A DNA stretch of 40,209 bases, taken from positions 1 through 40,209 of the forward strand of contig JAZDIV010000155.1 in assembly GCA_043804695.1 (NCBI GenBank), read 5' to 3'. Positions within the stretch are counted from its first letter, which is position 1. Each line of letters starts with the position of its first letter. The notes under the pieces are model-generated. The model had not been told where the DNA came from, ran no database searches, and saw only the letters and a program-made list of their open reading frames with translations. The position numbers and the translations under genes were made by a program. The stretch is from PVC group bacterium (GTDB lineage Bacteria; Auribacterota; Erginobacteria; Erginobacterales; Erginobacteraceae). Shown one piece after another: positions 1-9,895 of the stretch.

Positions 1-2
1 TT

Positions 3-3000
3 GGCACCAAGTTTGAACGGGACCGGAAAAAGCTCCAGCCGCTGGTGGATGAGATCAACCGGCTGGAAGAAGAATACCGGGGCCTCTCCGATCAGGAGAT
101 TCGGGATAAAACCGGATTTTTTCGGAAACGCTTCGCGGAGCGGACGGGGGAGGCGCGCGGGCGGCTGGAAGAGGTGCAGCGGTCCCTGGCCGGGGACGTC
201 TCCTCCGAAGAGGAAGAGGCCCTGCGGGCGGAAGAAAGGCAGCTGATCGGGAAGTTGAGAGATGAAGAGGCGGCGGCGCTGGATGAACTTTTGCCCGCGG
301 CCTTCGCGGCGGTGAAGAATGTCTGCCGGCGGCTGCAGGGCCGGGAAATGCTGGTCTGCGGCCAGGAGATGACCTGGGAGATGGTCCCCTTTGACGTTCA
401 GCTGATCGGGGCGATCGTCCTCCAACAGGGGAAGATCGCCGAGATGGCCACCGGGGAGGGCAAGACCCTGGTCGCCACGATGCCCCTCTATCTCAACGCC
501 CTGAGCGGCAGGAACGTCCAGCTGGTCACCGTGAACGACTATCTGGCCCGCCGGGACCGGGAGTGGATGGGACCGATTTATGATTTTCTGGGGGTCACGG
601 TCGGGTGCATTCAGAACGGTATGACGCCCTTCGAAAGACAGGAGGCCTACGCGGCTGACCTTACCTACGGGACGAACAATGAATTCGGTTTCGATTACCT
701 CAGAGATAACATGGCCGTCCGCCAGGAAGACCAGGTTCAGAGGAAATATCTTTACTATAACCGGGAGAAGGATGAGATCCAGCGGGGGCACTTCTATGCC
801 ATCATCGACGAGGTCGACAGCATTCTGATCGACGAGGCCCGGACCCCGCTGATTATCTCCGGTCCGGTGACCGTGTCGACCCACAGGTTCAAGGAGATCA
901 TGCCCCGGATGCAGGAACTGGCCCGGAAGCAGAGCCTTTTCTGCAGCCGGCTGTTCACGGAAGGTAAAGCGCATCTGGAGCGGGGGGAGGATGATGCCGC
1001 CTACCGGAAATTCTACCAGGTCAAAAAAGGGGCCCCCATCAACAAGCAGCTGATGAGCCTGCTGGAACAGCCGGAGGTCCGGAAAAATCTTCAGAAATAC
1101 GAGGGCGAGTTCGATTCCAAATCCAAGCAGGCCCCCCGGGCTGACGAAGGCCGGGCCCTCCGGGAAGAGCTTTTTTTTACCATCGAAGAGCGGGCCCACG
1201 AGATCGACATCACCGAGAAAGGGCACTCCGCGCTCTCTCCCCACGATCCGGAAGAGTTTGTCCTCCCGGATTTCCTGGTCGTCCGGCAGGAGATCGACGA
1301 GGACGCCGGTCTGACCCCGGAAGAAAAGAAGCGCCGGATCCATTACCTGGATGAGGAGGTGAATCTGAAGAGCGAGAAGATCCACAATGCCATCACCTCC
1401 CTCCGGGGGCTGGCCCTTTTCGAAAAAGACGTCCATTACGTCATCCAGAACAACCAGGTGGTCATTGTCGACGAGTTCACCGGCCGGCTGATGCCGGGCC
1501 GGCGCTACAGTGACGGGCTCCATCAGGCCCTGGAAGCTAAAGAAGGCGTCCGGATTGAACGCGAGACCCAGACACTGGCCACGATCACCATTCAGAATTA
1601 TTTCCGGATGTACGAGAAGCTGGCCGGGATGACGGGCACCGCCGACACCGAGGCGGTCGAGTTCGATAAAATCTACGACCTCGATGTGATCGTCATCCCG
1701 ACCAACCGGCCGATCGCCAGGAGCAATTACAACGACAAGATCTACAAGACCAAAAACGAAAAATATCACGCCGTCATCGACGAGATAGGGGAATGCCACC
1801 GGCGCGGGCAGCCCGTTCTGGTCGGGACGATCAACGTTGATACATCGGAGGTGTTGAGCCGGCTCCTGAAGCGGCGGAAGATCCCCCATCAGGTCCTGAA
1901 CGCCCGCTATCATGAGCAGGAAGCCGGGATCGTGAGCAGGGCCGGCCAGCCCGGCGCGGTGACCATATCGACCAACATGGCCGGCCGGGGAACCGATATC
2001 AAGCTCGGCCCGGGGGTGGTGGAGAAGGGAGGACTGCATATTCTCGGCACCGAGCGGCACGAGGCGCGCCGGATCGACCTCCAGTTGCGGGGGCGCAGCG
2101 CCCGCCAGGGAGACCCCGGGTCTTCCCGGTTTTATCTCTCCCTGGAGGACGACCTGATGCGCCTCTTCGGCTCGGACCGGATCGCCGGCATCATGAGCAA
2201 GATGGGGCTGGAAGAAGGAGAGGAGATGACCCACCCGCTCCTGACCCGCGCCATCGTGACCGCCCAGAAAAGAGTGGAAGCTCACAACTTTTCCATCCGG
2301 GAACAGATCTTGAAGTACGACGATATCATCAACAAGCAGCGGGAGGAGATTTACTCCTTCCGCAACAGCATCATCGACAGCGCCCATCCCCGCCAGGGGA
2401 TCATGGCGATCATCGAAGAGGTGGTGGCCGAAAAGGTCTCCCTTCATTGCCCGGAAGAATCGCCGCCGGAGGAATGGAACTGGGGGGGGCTGGCCTCCTG
2501 GGTCAGCACCACCTTCCCGATTCACCTTGACACCGGCGCCGCGCGGGCAGAAAAAGATTTGCGGCCGGACGGCGTCCAGGGCCGGATCATCGGGAGGGTG
2601 TCCCGTCTCTATGACTTCAAGGAAGAATACGAGGGTGTTGAAAACATGCGGCAGCTGGAGAAACTGGTTATCCTGGGTGTGATCGACCGCCTCTGGCAGG
2701 AACATCTCTACGCGATGGATGATCTCCGGCAGGGGATTTCCCTGCGGGCCTATGCCCAGGTGGACCCCCTGATCGCCTACAAGGAGGAGAGCTTCAAGAT
2801 GTTTGCGGAGATGGAGAACAGCCTGAAGCAGGAGGTGGCCGCCAATATCTTCCGGAGCTCCATCCGCCCGCCGGTCGAGAGCATCTCCGAGCGGTTTATC
2901 CACGAACAGGTCCGGGCGTTTCACCGGAACCTCCCCGTCCCGGAACCCGCATTGACCCACGCCGGTCCCGAGCCTCCTTTCGGGGGCCGCTCCGGCGCGC

Positions 3001-3122
3001 CCCCCCCGGAGCCGGGCGCCTCTCCCCCGCCCCCCTATCGGCGCGCCGGGAAAAAGACCGGGCCCAATGATCCCTGCCCCTGTGGCAGCGGGAAGAAATA
3101 CAAGAAGTGCTGCGGCAGATAA
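3..3122 (+). CDS. secA: Preprotein translocase ATPase SecA (5' end lies outside the window)
   Basis: The frame is open from position 3 (GTKFERDRKKLQPLVDEIN, SecA-like N-terminus). Motifs: MATGEGKT, NDYLARRD, DEVDSILIDEARTPLIISG, TNMAGRGTDI, QLRGRSARQGDPG and the C-terminal zinc-binding NDPCPCGSGKKYKKCC. Confidence 0.98.
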   Translation, partial: GTKFERDRKKLQPLVDEINRLEEEYRGLSDQEIRDKTGFFRKRFAERTGEARGRLEEVQRSLAGDVSSEEEEALRAEERQLIGKLRDEEAAALDELLPAAFAAVKNVCRRLQGREMLVCGQEMTWEMVPFDVQLIGAIVLQQGKIAEMATGEGKTLVATMPLYLNALSGRNVQLVTVNDYLARRDREWMGPIYDFLGVTVGCIQNGMTPFERQEAYAADLTYGTNNEFGFDYLRDNMAVRQEDQVQRKYLYYNREKDEIQRGHFYAIIDEVDSILIDEARTPLIISGPVTVSTHRFKEIMPRMQELARKQSLFCSRLFTEGKAHLERGEDDAAYRKFYQVKKGAPINKQLMSLLEQPEVRKNLQKYEGEFDSKSKQAPRADEGRALREELFFTIEERAHEIDITEKGHSALSPHDPEEFVLPDFLVVRQEIDEDAGLTPEEKKRRIHYLDEEVNLKSEKIHNAITSLRGLALFEKDVHYVIQNNQVVIVDEFTGRLMPGRRYSDGLHQALEAKEGVRIERETQTLATITIQNYFRMYEKLAGMTGTADTEAVEFDKIYDLDVIVIPTNRPIARSNYNDKIYKTKNEKYHAVIDEIGECHRRGQPVLVGTINVDTSEVLSRLLKRRKIPHQVLNARYHEQEAGIVSRAGQPGAVTISTNMAGRGTDIKLGPGVVEKGGLHILGTERHEARRIDLQLRGRSARQGDPGSSRFYLSLEDDLMRLFGSDRIAGIMSKMGLEEGEEMTHPLLTRAIVTAQKRVEAHNFSIREQILKYDDIINKQREEIYSFRNSIIDSAHPRQGIMAIIEEVVAEKVSLHCPEESPPEEWNWGGLASWVSTTFPIHLDTGAARAEKDLRPDGVQGRIIGRVSRLYDFKEEYEGVENMRQLEKLVILGVIDRLWQEHLYAMDDLRQGISLRAYAQVDPLIAYKEESFKMFAEMENSLKQEVAANIFRSSIRPPVESISERFIHEQVRAFHRNLPVPEPALTHAGPEPPFGGRSGAPPPEPGASPPPPYRRAGKKTGPNDPCPCGSGKKYKKCCGR

Positions 3123-3189
3123 ATTTTTCTTCGAAAATGAAAATTTTCAATTTTCATGAATAGTCAGGACTAACGGCGAGATTGTTTCT

Positions 3190-4779
3190 TTGCGGATTCA
3201 CCTGCGCGACATCGGTTGGGCGTTACTGAGTGGTCTGCTCCTGACGCTTCCTTTCCTGGACTTTTCTCTGGCCCCCCTGGCCTGGATCGCCCTCATCCCG
3301 CTCATCGTAACCCTGTCCGGACGGCGGACCCGGGAAGGGGCGGTGCTGGGGTGGCTGGCCGGCGTCGTCTCCGGCTACGGGGGGATGTATTGGCTGGCCC
3401 GGGTGACGGTTCCCGGCTACGGGGTCCTCGGCTTCTACCTGGCGCTCTACCCGGCCGCCTGGGGAGGGTGGATCAGCTGGCTGAGCCGCCGCCGCCCGGG
3501 CTGGATCTGGTGGGCCGCCCCCGCCGGCTGGACGGCCCTAGAGTATCTGCGGACGTATTTTCTGACCGGGTTTCCCTGGAACCTGCTGGGGATCAGCCAG
3601 GCCCGCCACCTGCCCCTGATCCAGATTGCTTCGGTCACCGGTGTCTACGGCGTCAGCTTCCTGGTGGTACTGGCGAATGCCTCCCTGGCCGGCTCGATTC
3701 TCGCTTTCCGTCGCCGCGGTGCCCGGACGGGAAGGTTTTTTCTCCACGGGTACCCGGTGCTGGTGGCCGCGCTGGTGATCGGGGCGGTCTGGGGCTGCGG
3801 GTACCGGGTGCTGCTGCTGGATGCCCTCAAATCAACCCGGGGCGTTCCTCTCCGAGTGGCCTTGATTCAGGGAGGGGTCCTCCAGGAGCTGAAATGGCAG
3901 CCTTCCCGGGCCGCCGATCACCTGGAAACCTATCTTGGCCTGAGCCGGCAGGCTCTGGCCAGCGGTCCCGGCCTGATCATCTGGCCGGAATCGGCCCTGC
4001 CGTATTACCTGGAAGAACAGGAGAGCGTGCAGCGTGTTCTTCACCGCCTGGCGGCCGGGGGGAATACCTATCTGCTGGTGGGGGGAGACTGCCGGACCCG
4101 GTCCGCCCCGCGCCGGTTTTATAACAGCGCCTACCTCTTCAGTCCCGCCCCTTCTCGGTGGTCGCGGTATGACAAGATCCATCTGGTCCCCTTCGGGGAG
4201 TACACCCCCCTGAAGCGCATCTTCCCGTTCCTGGGCCGGGTGGTCCCCTGGGAAGAGGATTTTTCCGCCGGGGAGGGGATCTCCCTGATGAGGATGCACC
4301 ATCCCAACGGCCCGCCGGCCGGCGGAACCGAGATGGGGGTCCTGATCTGTTTTGAGGATATCTTCCCCGGCCTGGCCCGGAAGATCGCCCGCCGGGGGGC
4401 CTCGCTTCTGGTCAACATCACCAATGACGCCTGGTACGGCAAGACGATCGCTCCCTTCCAGCACGCGTACGCCGCGGTCTTCCGGGCAGTTGAGAACGGG
4501 ATTTACCTGGCGAGAGCGACCAACACCGGATATTCCTGTATCATCGATCCCCGGGGAAAGGTGGTGGGGGAGGTGGTTGACGACAAGGGGGAGCCGCTCT
4601 TCATATCGGGCTGGCAGACGGTGGAAATCTACCCCACCCGGTCCCGTTCCTTCTACACCGGGCACGGGGACATTTTCAGCTGGATCTGCATTGCTCTTGC
4701 CCTGACGGCTTCTTCCGGGTTAACCCGATTTAAAATAAATCGGGTTAGTTTTGAACAATGCCGGAGAGGGCGTGGATAG
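3190..4779 (+). CDS. lnt: Apolipoprotein N-acyltransferase
   Basis: N-terminal TM helices, GFPWNLLG, and nitrilase-fold catalytic motifs IWPES, YDKIHLVPFGEY, ICFED, NITNDAWY, RAVENG. The TTG start is uncertain, and the extreme C-terminus is encoded by repeat DNA. Confidence 0.95.
   Translation: MRIHLRDIGWALLSGLLLTLPFLDFSLAPLAWIALIPLIVTLSGRRTREGAVLGWLAGVVSGYGGMYWLARVTVPGYGVLGFYLALYPAAWGGWISWLSRRRPGWIWWAAPAGWTALEYLRTYFLTGFPWNLLGISQARHLPLIQIASVTGVYGVSFLVVLANASLAGSILAFRRRGARTGRFFLHGYPVLVAALVIGAVWGCGYRVLLLDALKSTRGVPLRVALIQGGVLQELKWQPSRAADHLETYLGLSRQALASGPGLIIWPESALPYYLEEQESVQRVLHRLAAGGNTYLLVGGDCRTRSAPRRFYNSAYLFSPAPSRWSRYDKIHLVPFGEYTPLKRIFPFLGRVVPWEEDFSAGEGISLMRMHHPNGPPAGGTEMGVLICFEDIFPGLARKIARRGASLLVNITNDAWYGKTIAPFQHAYAAVFRAVENGIYLARATNTGYSCIIDPRGKVVGEVVDDKGEPLFISGWQTVEIYPTRSRSFYTGHGDIFSWICIALALTASSGLTRFKINRVSFEQCRRGRG
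4721..4762. repeat. Repeat D copy 1: TAACCCGATTTA-AAA-TAAATCGGGTTA hairpin plus GTTTTGAACAATGCC tail
   Basis: Reverse complement of 7748-7790 except for the hairpin loop. A half copy lies at 13014-13034. Confidence 0.9.
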
Positions 4780-4860
4780 TGGTACAATCAATATTAGGAT
4801 TTAGGATTTCCTGCTCGAAAACCTTTTCGAACAGGGTCAAGCTAACATTGGAGGTCCGCC

Positions 4861-5959
4861 ATGTCCGATGAAATCCACGAACGGCTCCGGGAGATCAAGG
4901 AACGCTATGCCCGGATGAGGGGGTACCTTTGACCTGGCAGCGCACAAACAGCGGCTGGGCGAACTGGAAAACGAGATGGGACGCCCCGGGTTCTGGAATA
5001 ACCGCGAGCGCGCCCAGCAGGCCGTTGAAGAACTGAAAGCGACCAGAGAACTGATTGACCCCTGGGATACGCTCGATTCGGAGGTGTCCGATCTGGAGGA
5101 GATCATCGAGCTGGCGGGGGGAGACGAGAGCCTGGCCGGAGAGGTTGAGTCGGAGGTCGGGAAGCTGGAGGGCAATTTGAACGGCCTTGAGTTCAGGATC
5201 ATGCTCTCCCGGCCCGAAGACGGCAATAACGCCATCTTTTCCATCCAGGCCGGGGCCGGGGGGACCGAGTCCTGCGACTGGGCCCGAATGCTCTGGCGGA
5301 TGTACACGCGCTGGTGCGAGGAGAAAGAATACGACGTCAGGATTCTGAGCGTGACCCCCGGCGAGGAGGCGGGGATCAGGAGTCTGACCGCGATTATCGC
5401 CGGCCGGTACGTGTTCGGGTTCATGAAAGCGGAGCGGGGCGTGCACCGGCTGGTCCGGATTTCGCCCTTTGACTCCAACCGGCGCCGGCACACGTCGTTC
5501 GTTTCGGTGGACGTGATCCCGGAGTTGGGCGACGACATCGAGGTCGAGATCGCGGAGAAGGACATCAGAACCGACACCTATCGTTCCTCCGGGGCCGGCG
5601 GCCAGCACGTGAACGTGACCGATTCCGCCGTGCGGATAACGCATCTCCCCACCGGCATCGTGGTCCAGTGCCAGAACGAGCGCTCCCAGCACAAGAACCG
5701 CGCCCTGGCCATGAAGGTTCTGAAGGCGCGTCTCCACCAGCTGGAGCTGGAGGAACGGAAGCAGAAGATGGCCGAGCATTATGATGAGCAGAAGAAGATC
5801 GAATGGGGCAGCCAGATCCGCTCCTACGTTTTTCAGCCCTACTCCATGGTCAAGGACCACCGCACCGGGTTTTCGGTTGGAGACGTCAGGGGGGTGATGG
5901 ACGGGAACCTCGATCCGTTCATTCTGGAATATCTGAGGAAGAACTGCTCTCTGGAGTAG
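4861..5959 (+). CDS. prfB: Peptide chain release factor 2, expressed by programmed +1 frameshift (join 4861-4929, 4931-5959; ~365 aa)
   Basis: RBS GGAGGT 4850-4855, then ATG 4861 gives 23 codons ending CTT-TGA-C. The +1 frame from 4931 (DLAAHK..) runs into the 4976-5959 ORF, which has the RF2 SPF motif (RISPFD) and GAGGQHVN. Confidence 0.97.
4918..4933 (+). promoter_or_regulatory. RF2 autoregulatory frameshift signal
   Basis: AGGGGG (internal SD), TAC, CTT TGA C: the canonical prfB arrangement. Confidence 0.95.
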
Positions 5960-6078
5960 CGCCCTCCACGCCCCCGTCAAGAATGTGCTTTAGAGATATG
6001 AATAGATGGTGTACTATATTTTTTCTCTCCTGGAAAACATCGGGGCGGGAAAAAACAAGAATGTCAATACAACAGATG

Positions 6079-6137
6079 TGTAAAGTGTGAGGTGTAATGT
6101 GTAAAGATCCCTTACACTTTTCACTTTAAACTTTACA
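6079..6137. repeat. Repeat E copy 1: heptamer-periodic inverted repeat
   Basis: TGTAAAG TGTGAGG TGTAATG TGTAAAG - ATC - CCTTACA CTTTTCA CTTTAAA CTTTACA. Confidence 0.85.
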
Positions 6138-6220
6138 TTTGAGCAGTTGCATTCAAACTAATTCTTGGGTAATCATCAGTCTGTTACACGTTTAAAAGGT
6201 ACAATTCACTCCAATTCTTC

Positions 6221-6247
6221 TAAATTAGCGCCGGAGGCGCTAATTTA
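6221..6247. repeat. Repeat B hairpin TAAATTAGCGCC-GGA-GGCGCTAATTTA just before the lysS start
   Basis: Perfect 12-bp inverted repeat that contains GGAGG. ATG at 6250. Confidence 0.9.
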
Positions 6248-6249
6248 TT

Positions 6250-7731
6250 ATGGATGACTTACGAGAAAACAGGTTGAAGAAACTCCAGGAACTGGTCGAC
6301 CGCGGTGTCAACCCGTATGGCGGCCGCTTTGACCGTCGGGACACGGCCGCCGATTGCCGGGATCGGTACCAGGAGGGCCGGGAAGTGGCGGTAGCCGGGC
6401 GCCTGACCGCGATCCGGGGGCACGGGAAGGCCGTCTTCGCCGATCTGCGCGACTCCAGCGGGAAGATACAGCTGTACCTGCGGAGAGACGTGCTGGGCGA
6501 GCAGGCGTTCGAGACCGTCAATCTGCTTGACCTGGGAGACATCGTGGGGGCCCGGGGCACTCTTTTTACAACCCGGAAGGGAGAGATCAGCGTCATGGTC
6601 CGGGAGGTGACCCTCCTCAGCAAGGCACTCCAGCCCTTGCCGGAAAAGTGGCACGGGCTGCAGGACCGGGAGACACGGTATCGCCGGCGGTATCTCGATC
6701 TGATCGTGAATGAAGAGGTGTCCGCACTGTTCCGGAACCGTTCCCGGATTATCCGGGAGATCCGTCTTTTCCTGGAAGAGAGGGGATTTTTGGAAGTGGA
6801 AACCCCGATGATGCAGGCCCTGGCGGGCGGCGCCGCCGCCAAACCGTTTCAGACCTATTATTCGGCCCTGGACGCAAAGATGTTCCTCCGGATCGCGCCG
6901 GAGCTGTACCTGAAACGGCTGCTGGTCGGTGGCTTCGAGAAGATATTCGAGCTGAACCGGAGTTTCAGAAACGAGGGGCTCTCCCGGAAGCATAACCCCG
7001 AGTTCACCATGCTGGAGATCTACGAGGCCTATGGAGACTGCCGGACCATGATGGAGCTGGTGGAATCGCTTATCACCCATGTCGCCGGCAAGGTGTGCGG
7101 GAGCCTCCGTCTGGAGCAGGGTGATGCCGTTATCGACCTGGAACGCCCCTGGAAGCGGGTCAGATACCGGGATCTGATCACCGGCTACCTCGCCCGGCCC
7201 GATTGGTTCTCCCTCCCCCCCGCCGAGATGGCCGCCATCGCCGCCGGCCGGAGGCTGGAAATCTCCGCTTCGATGTCGCCGGTTGAGATCACCCATGAGA
7301 TCTACGAGAAATGCGTCGAGTCGGGACTGATCCAGCCGACCTTTGTTCTGGAACTTCCCGCCGAACTGGTCCCCCTGGCGCGCCGCCGGGAAGATGATCC
7401 CGGGGTGGTGGATGTGTTCGAACTGGTCGTCAACGGCTCCGAGCTGGCTCCGGGATATTCCGAGCTGAATGACCCCCTCGAACAGCGCCGCCGTTTTCAG
7501 GAACAGGCCGCCGGCCGGCCGCCGACGGCCCCGGATACCGGGGAGCGGATTGATGAAGACTTCCTGGAGGCGATGGAGACCGGGATGCCGCCGGCGGGAG
7601 GGACCGGGATCGGGATCGATCGATTGGTCATGCTTCTGACCGGTTCCTCCAGCATCCGGGATGTGATCCTGTTCCCGCAGTTGCGGCCGATGACCGATGA
7701 TAGGAATGACGACGTCCGGCCCGAAAAGTGA
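6250..7731 (+). CDS. lysS: Lysine--tRNA ligase (class II)
   Basis: OB-fold N-terminus, PLPEKWHGL..RYRRRYLDL, FLEVETPMM, GGAAAKPF, FRNEG..HNPEFTMLE, GIGIDRLVMLLT..IRDVILFP. Confidence 0.98.
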   Translation: MDDLRENRLKKLQELVDRGVNPYGGRFDRRDTAADCRDRYQEGREVAVAGRLTAIRGHGKAVFADLRDSSGKIQLYLRRDVLGEQAFETVNLLDLGDIVGARGTLFTTRKGEISVMVREVTLLSKALQPLPEKWHGLQDRETRYRRRYLDLIVNEEVSALFRNRSRIIREIRLFLEERGFLEVETPMMQALAGGAAAKPFQTYYSALDAKMFLRIAPELYLKRLLVGGFEKIFELNRSFRNEGLSRKHNPEFTMLEIYEAYGDCRTMMELVESLITHVAGKVCGSLRLEQGDAVIDLERPWKRVRYRDLITGYLARPDWFSLPPAEMAAIAAGRRLEISASMSPVEITHEIYEKCVESGLIQPTFVLELPAELVPLARRREDDPGVVDVFELVVNGSELAPGYSELNDPLEQRRRFQEQAAGRPPTAPDTGERIDEDFLEAMETGMPPAGGTGIGIDRLVMLLTGSSSIRDVILFPQLRPMTDDRNDDVRPEK

Positions 7732-7747
7732 TCTTCATTTAATCTTT

Positions 7748-7790
7748 GGCATTGTTCAAAACTAACCCGATTTATGAATAAATCGGGTTA
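7748..7790. repeat. Repeat D copy 2 (inverted relative to copy 1)
   Basis: GGCATTGTTCAAAAC-TAACCCGATTTA-TGAA-TAAATCGGGTTA. Confidence 0.9.
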
Positions 7791-7833
7791 AGAGCAACTT
7801 CATTTACCGCCGGCTGTAAACAATTGGGGATCC

Positions 7834-9075
7834 ATGGCCATGCTTCCATTTACGATCTGGTCCGGGCTCCGCTTCCTTCGCTTCCGGGGAAAGGAGTCGT
7901 TCGTCTCCCTGATCACCGTCATATCCATCGCCGGCGTGGCGGTGGGGGTGATGACCCTGATGGTGGTGATGTCGGTCATGAGCGGCTTTGACCGGGAACT
8001 GAAAGATAAGTTCCTGGGCATCTACGGCAATGTGGTGGTCACTTCAGGAAGCCTGATCTATAATTACCCGGAACTGATCGAGACCCTTCGGTCGGTTCCC
8101 CGGGTGGAAGCGGTGGCACCGTTCGCGGCCGGCCAGGCCATTATTCGCACCAGAACCCGCGCCCTGGGGGTCAACCTGCGGGGAATCGATTGGGAAAAAG
8201 AGACGGCGGTGAGCAAGCTGGGCCGCTACCTGCAGGCCGGGACGGTCCGGATCGGGGAGGGCGGGATTCTGATCGGAGCCCAGTTCGCCCGGCTCTGCGG
8301 CCTCCGGATCGGAGACACGGTGATCGTGGTCTCTCCCGGGGAAGGCCTCCTCCCCGGCGCCGCCGGCGCCCGGAGGGAAAAATTCGCCGTCAGCGGCATT
8401 TTTAAATCGGGGATGGCTCAGTACGATCTGGAACTGGCCTATGTCAGCCTTCCGGCCGCCCAGAGGCTTTTTGGACTGGGCGACGGCGTGAACGGCCTCA
8501 GCATCAAGATCGATGACGTTGAGTACGCCCATGCGGTGAAAGAGGAGATCGCGCAATCGCTCCCCTCTCCCCCCTACCACGTGCGGAGCTGGATGGAGCT
8601 CAACAAGCCCCTTTTTGCCGCGATCCAGGTCGAGAAGAACCTGATGTTTATCATCGTGATGCTGATCACGGTGGTGGCTTCGTTGAACATCGCCAGCACC
8701 CTGATCGTCTCGGTCAAAGAAAAGACCAAGGCCATCGGCATCTTCAAATCGCTGGGCGCCACCGAGGCGTCCATCCGGAATATCTTCACGCTCCAGGGCG
8801 CGCTGATCGGCCTGATCGGCACCGCCATCGGCTGCGGGGCCGGGCTGATCCTGATCGACCAGATCAATCACGTGGCTGATTTCATCTCCGCCCATTTCGG
8901 TATTGAGGTCTTTCCGCCGGATGTTTATTATTTTGAAAGCATTCCGGCCCGGATCAACCTGGCCGAAACGGCGATCATCGCGGCCTGCGCTTTGTTGATC
9001 AGCATCCTGGCGTCGCTCTACCCCGCCTGGCGGGCGGCGCGGATGGAGCCGGTCGAAGCCCTGCGGTACGAATGA
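7834..9075 (+). CDS. Lipoprotein-releasing ABC transporter permease (LolC/LolE family)
   Basis: ISIAGVAVGV..VMSVMSGF, periplasmic domain, NIASTL..V.EK..IGI.KSLGA, and a YPAWRAARMEPVEALRYE terminus. Adjacent to lolD. Confidence 0.93.
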   Translation: MAMLPFTIWSGLRFLRFRGKESFVSLITVISIAGVAVGVMTLMVVMSVMSGFDRELKDKFLGIYGNVVVTSGSLIYNYPELIETLRSVPRVEAVAPFAAGQAIIRTRTRALGVNLRGIDWEKETAVSKLGRYLQAGTVRIGEGGILIGAQFARLCGLRIGDTVIVVSPGEGLLPGAAGARREKFAVSGIFKSGMAQYDLELAYVSLPAAQRLFGLGDGVNGLSIKIDDVEYAHAVKEEIAQSLPSPPYHVRSWMELNKPLFAAIQVEKNLMFIIVMLITVVASLNIASTLIVSVKEKTKAIGIFKSLGATEASIRNIFTLQGALIGLIGTAIGCGAGLILIDQINHVADFISAHFGIEVFPPDVYYFESIPARINLAETAIIAACALLISILASLYPAWRAARMEPVEALRYE

Positions 9076-9079
9076 AAAA

Positions 9080-9114
9080 TGAACGTTCAACGTTGAACGT
9101 TCAACGTTGAACGT
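9080..9114. repeat. Five alternating heptamers TGAACGT/TCAACGT forming a 32-bp perfect palindrome (9083-9114)
   Basis: ACGTTCAACGTTGAACGTTCAACGTTGAACGT equals its own reverse complement. Confidence 0.92.
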
Positions 9115-9178
9115 CGAACAAACCTGCCGCCGGTCGCCGGCGATAAAAAACAGGCCGGGGCCTGTGCCTCGGCATGGT

Positions 9179-9895
9179 ATGAATCAAACAGAGACAGATA
9201 CATTTCTTCTGGTGGCCGAAGGGGTTACGAAGAAATACCGCGTCGGCAAACTGGAACTCCCGGTATTGAGAGGGATCGACCTGACTGTTAAAGAAGGAGA
9301 GGTTATTGTCATGGCCGGCCCGTCGGGGGCGGGGAAGAGCACCCTCCTCCATATTCTGGGCGGGCTCGACACCCCCACCAGCGGGCGGGTTCTTCTGGCC
9401 GGGGATGACCTCTCCCGGCTCAGCAACCGTACCCGCGCCCGGCTGCGGAGCGAGAAGGTCGGTTTTGTCTTTCAATTTTTTCATCTTCTTCCCGAGTTTA
9501 AAGCCTGGGAAAACGTGGTCATCCCCTGTCGGATCCGGGGTGGAGGCGGCGAGAACCGTCTCCAGAAAAGATTGCGGGAGCGGGCCGCCCACCTGCTGGA
9601 GCAGGTCGATCTGGCCGACCGGATGAATCATTATCCTTCTCAGTTGTCCGGCGGGGAACAGCAGCGGGTGGCGATCGCCCGGGCATTGTCCAATGATCCC
9701 TGTCTGATCCTGGCTGACGAGCCGACCGGGAACCTCGATTCCCGCGCCGGCGACGACCTGCTGAATTTATTCGGGAGACTGCACTCCGAAACGGGGAAGA
9801 CGCTGGTTCTGGTTTCACATGATCAGCAGGTAGCCGACTGGGCCCCCCGGATCATCCGGATCCGGGACGGGCTTCTGGAGAATGGAGGCGACTGA
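9179..9895 (+). CDS. lolD: Lipoprotein-releasing ABC transporter ATP-binding protein
   Basis: [53 protein letters not shown] 9179 is preferred over TTG 9107, which lies inside the palindrome. Confidence 0.9.
   Translation: MNQTETDTFLLVAEGVTKKYRVGKLELPVLRGIDLTVKEGEVIVMAGPSGAGKSTLLHILGGLDTPTSGRVLLAGDDLSRLSNRTRARLRSEKVGFVFQFFHLLPEFKAWENVVIPCRIRGGGGENRLQKRLRERAAHLLEQVDLADRMNHYPSQLSGGEQQRVAIARALSNDPCLILADEPTGNLDSRAGDDLLNLFGRLHSETGKTLVLVSHDQQVADWAPRIIRIRDGLLENGGD

Noticed and set aside
5803..6090. Short ORFs in repeat-filled gaps (5803-6090, 9852-10046, 13070-13252, 13274-13486, 17555-18289)
   Set aside because: They translate repeat DNA (VTVTLT, FTLYTLNFTL) or overlap real genes.
6182..6197. TGTTACACGTTTAAAA as a parS site
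   Set aside because: Only the left half fits. The right half has three mismatches and the site is not palindromic.
4721..7790. Inverted D copies as ends of a composite transposon carrying prfB-lysS
   Set aside because: The IS-like tails lie on the inner sides, which is the wrong orientation. There is no transposase and the cargo would be essential genes.
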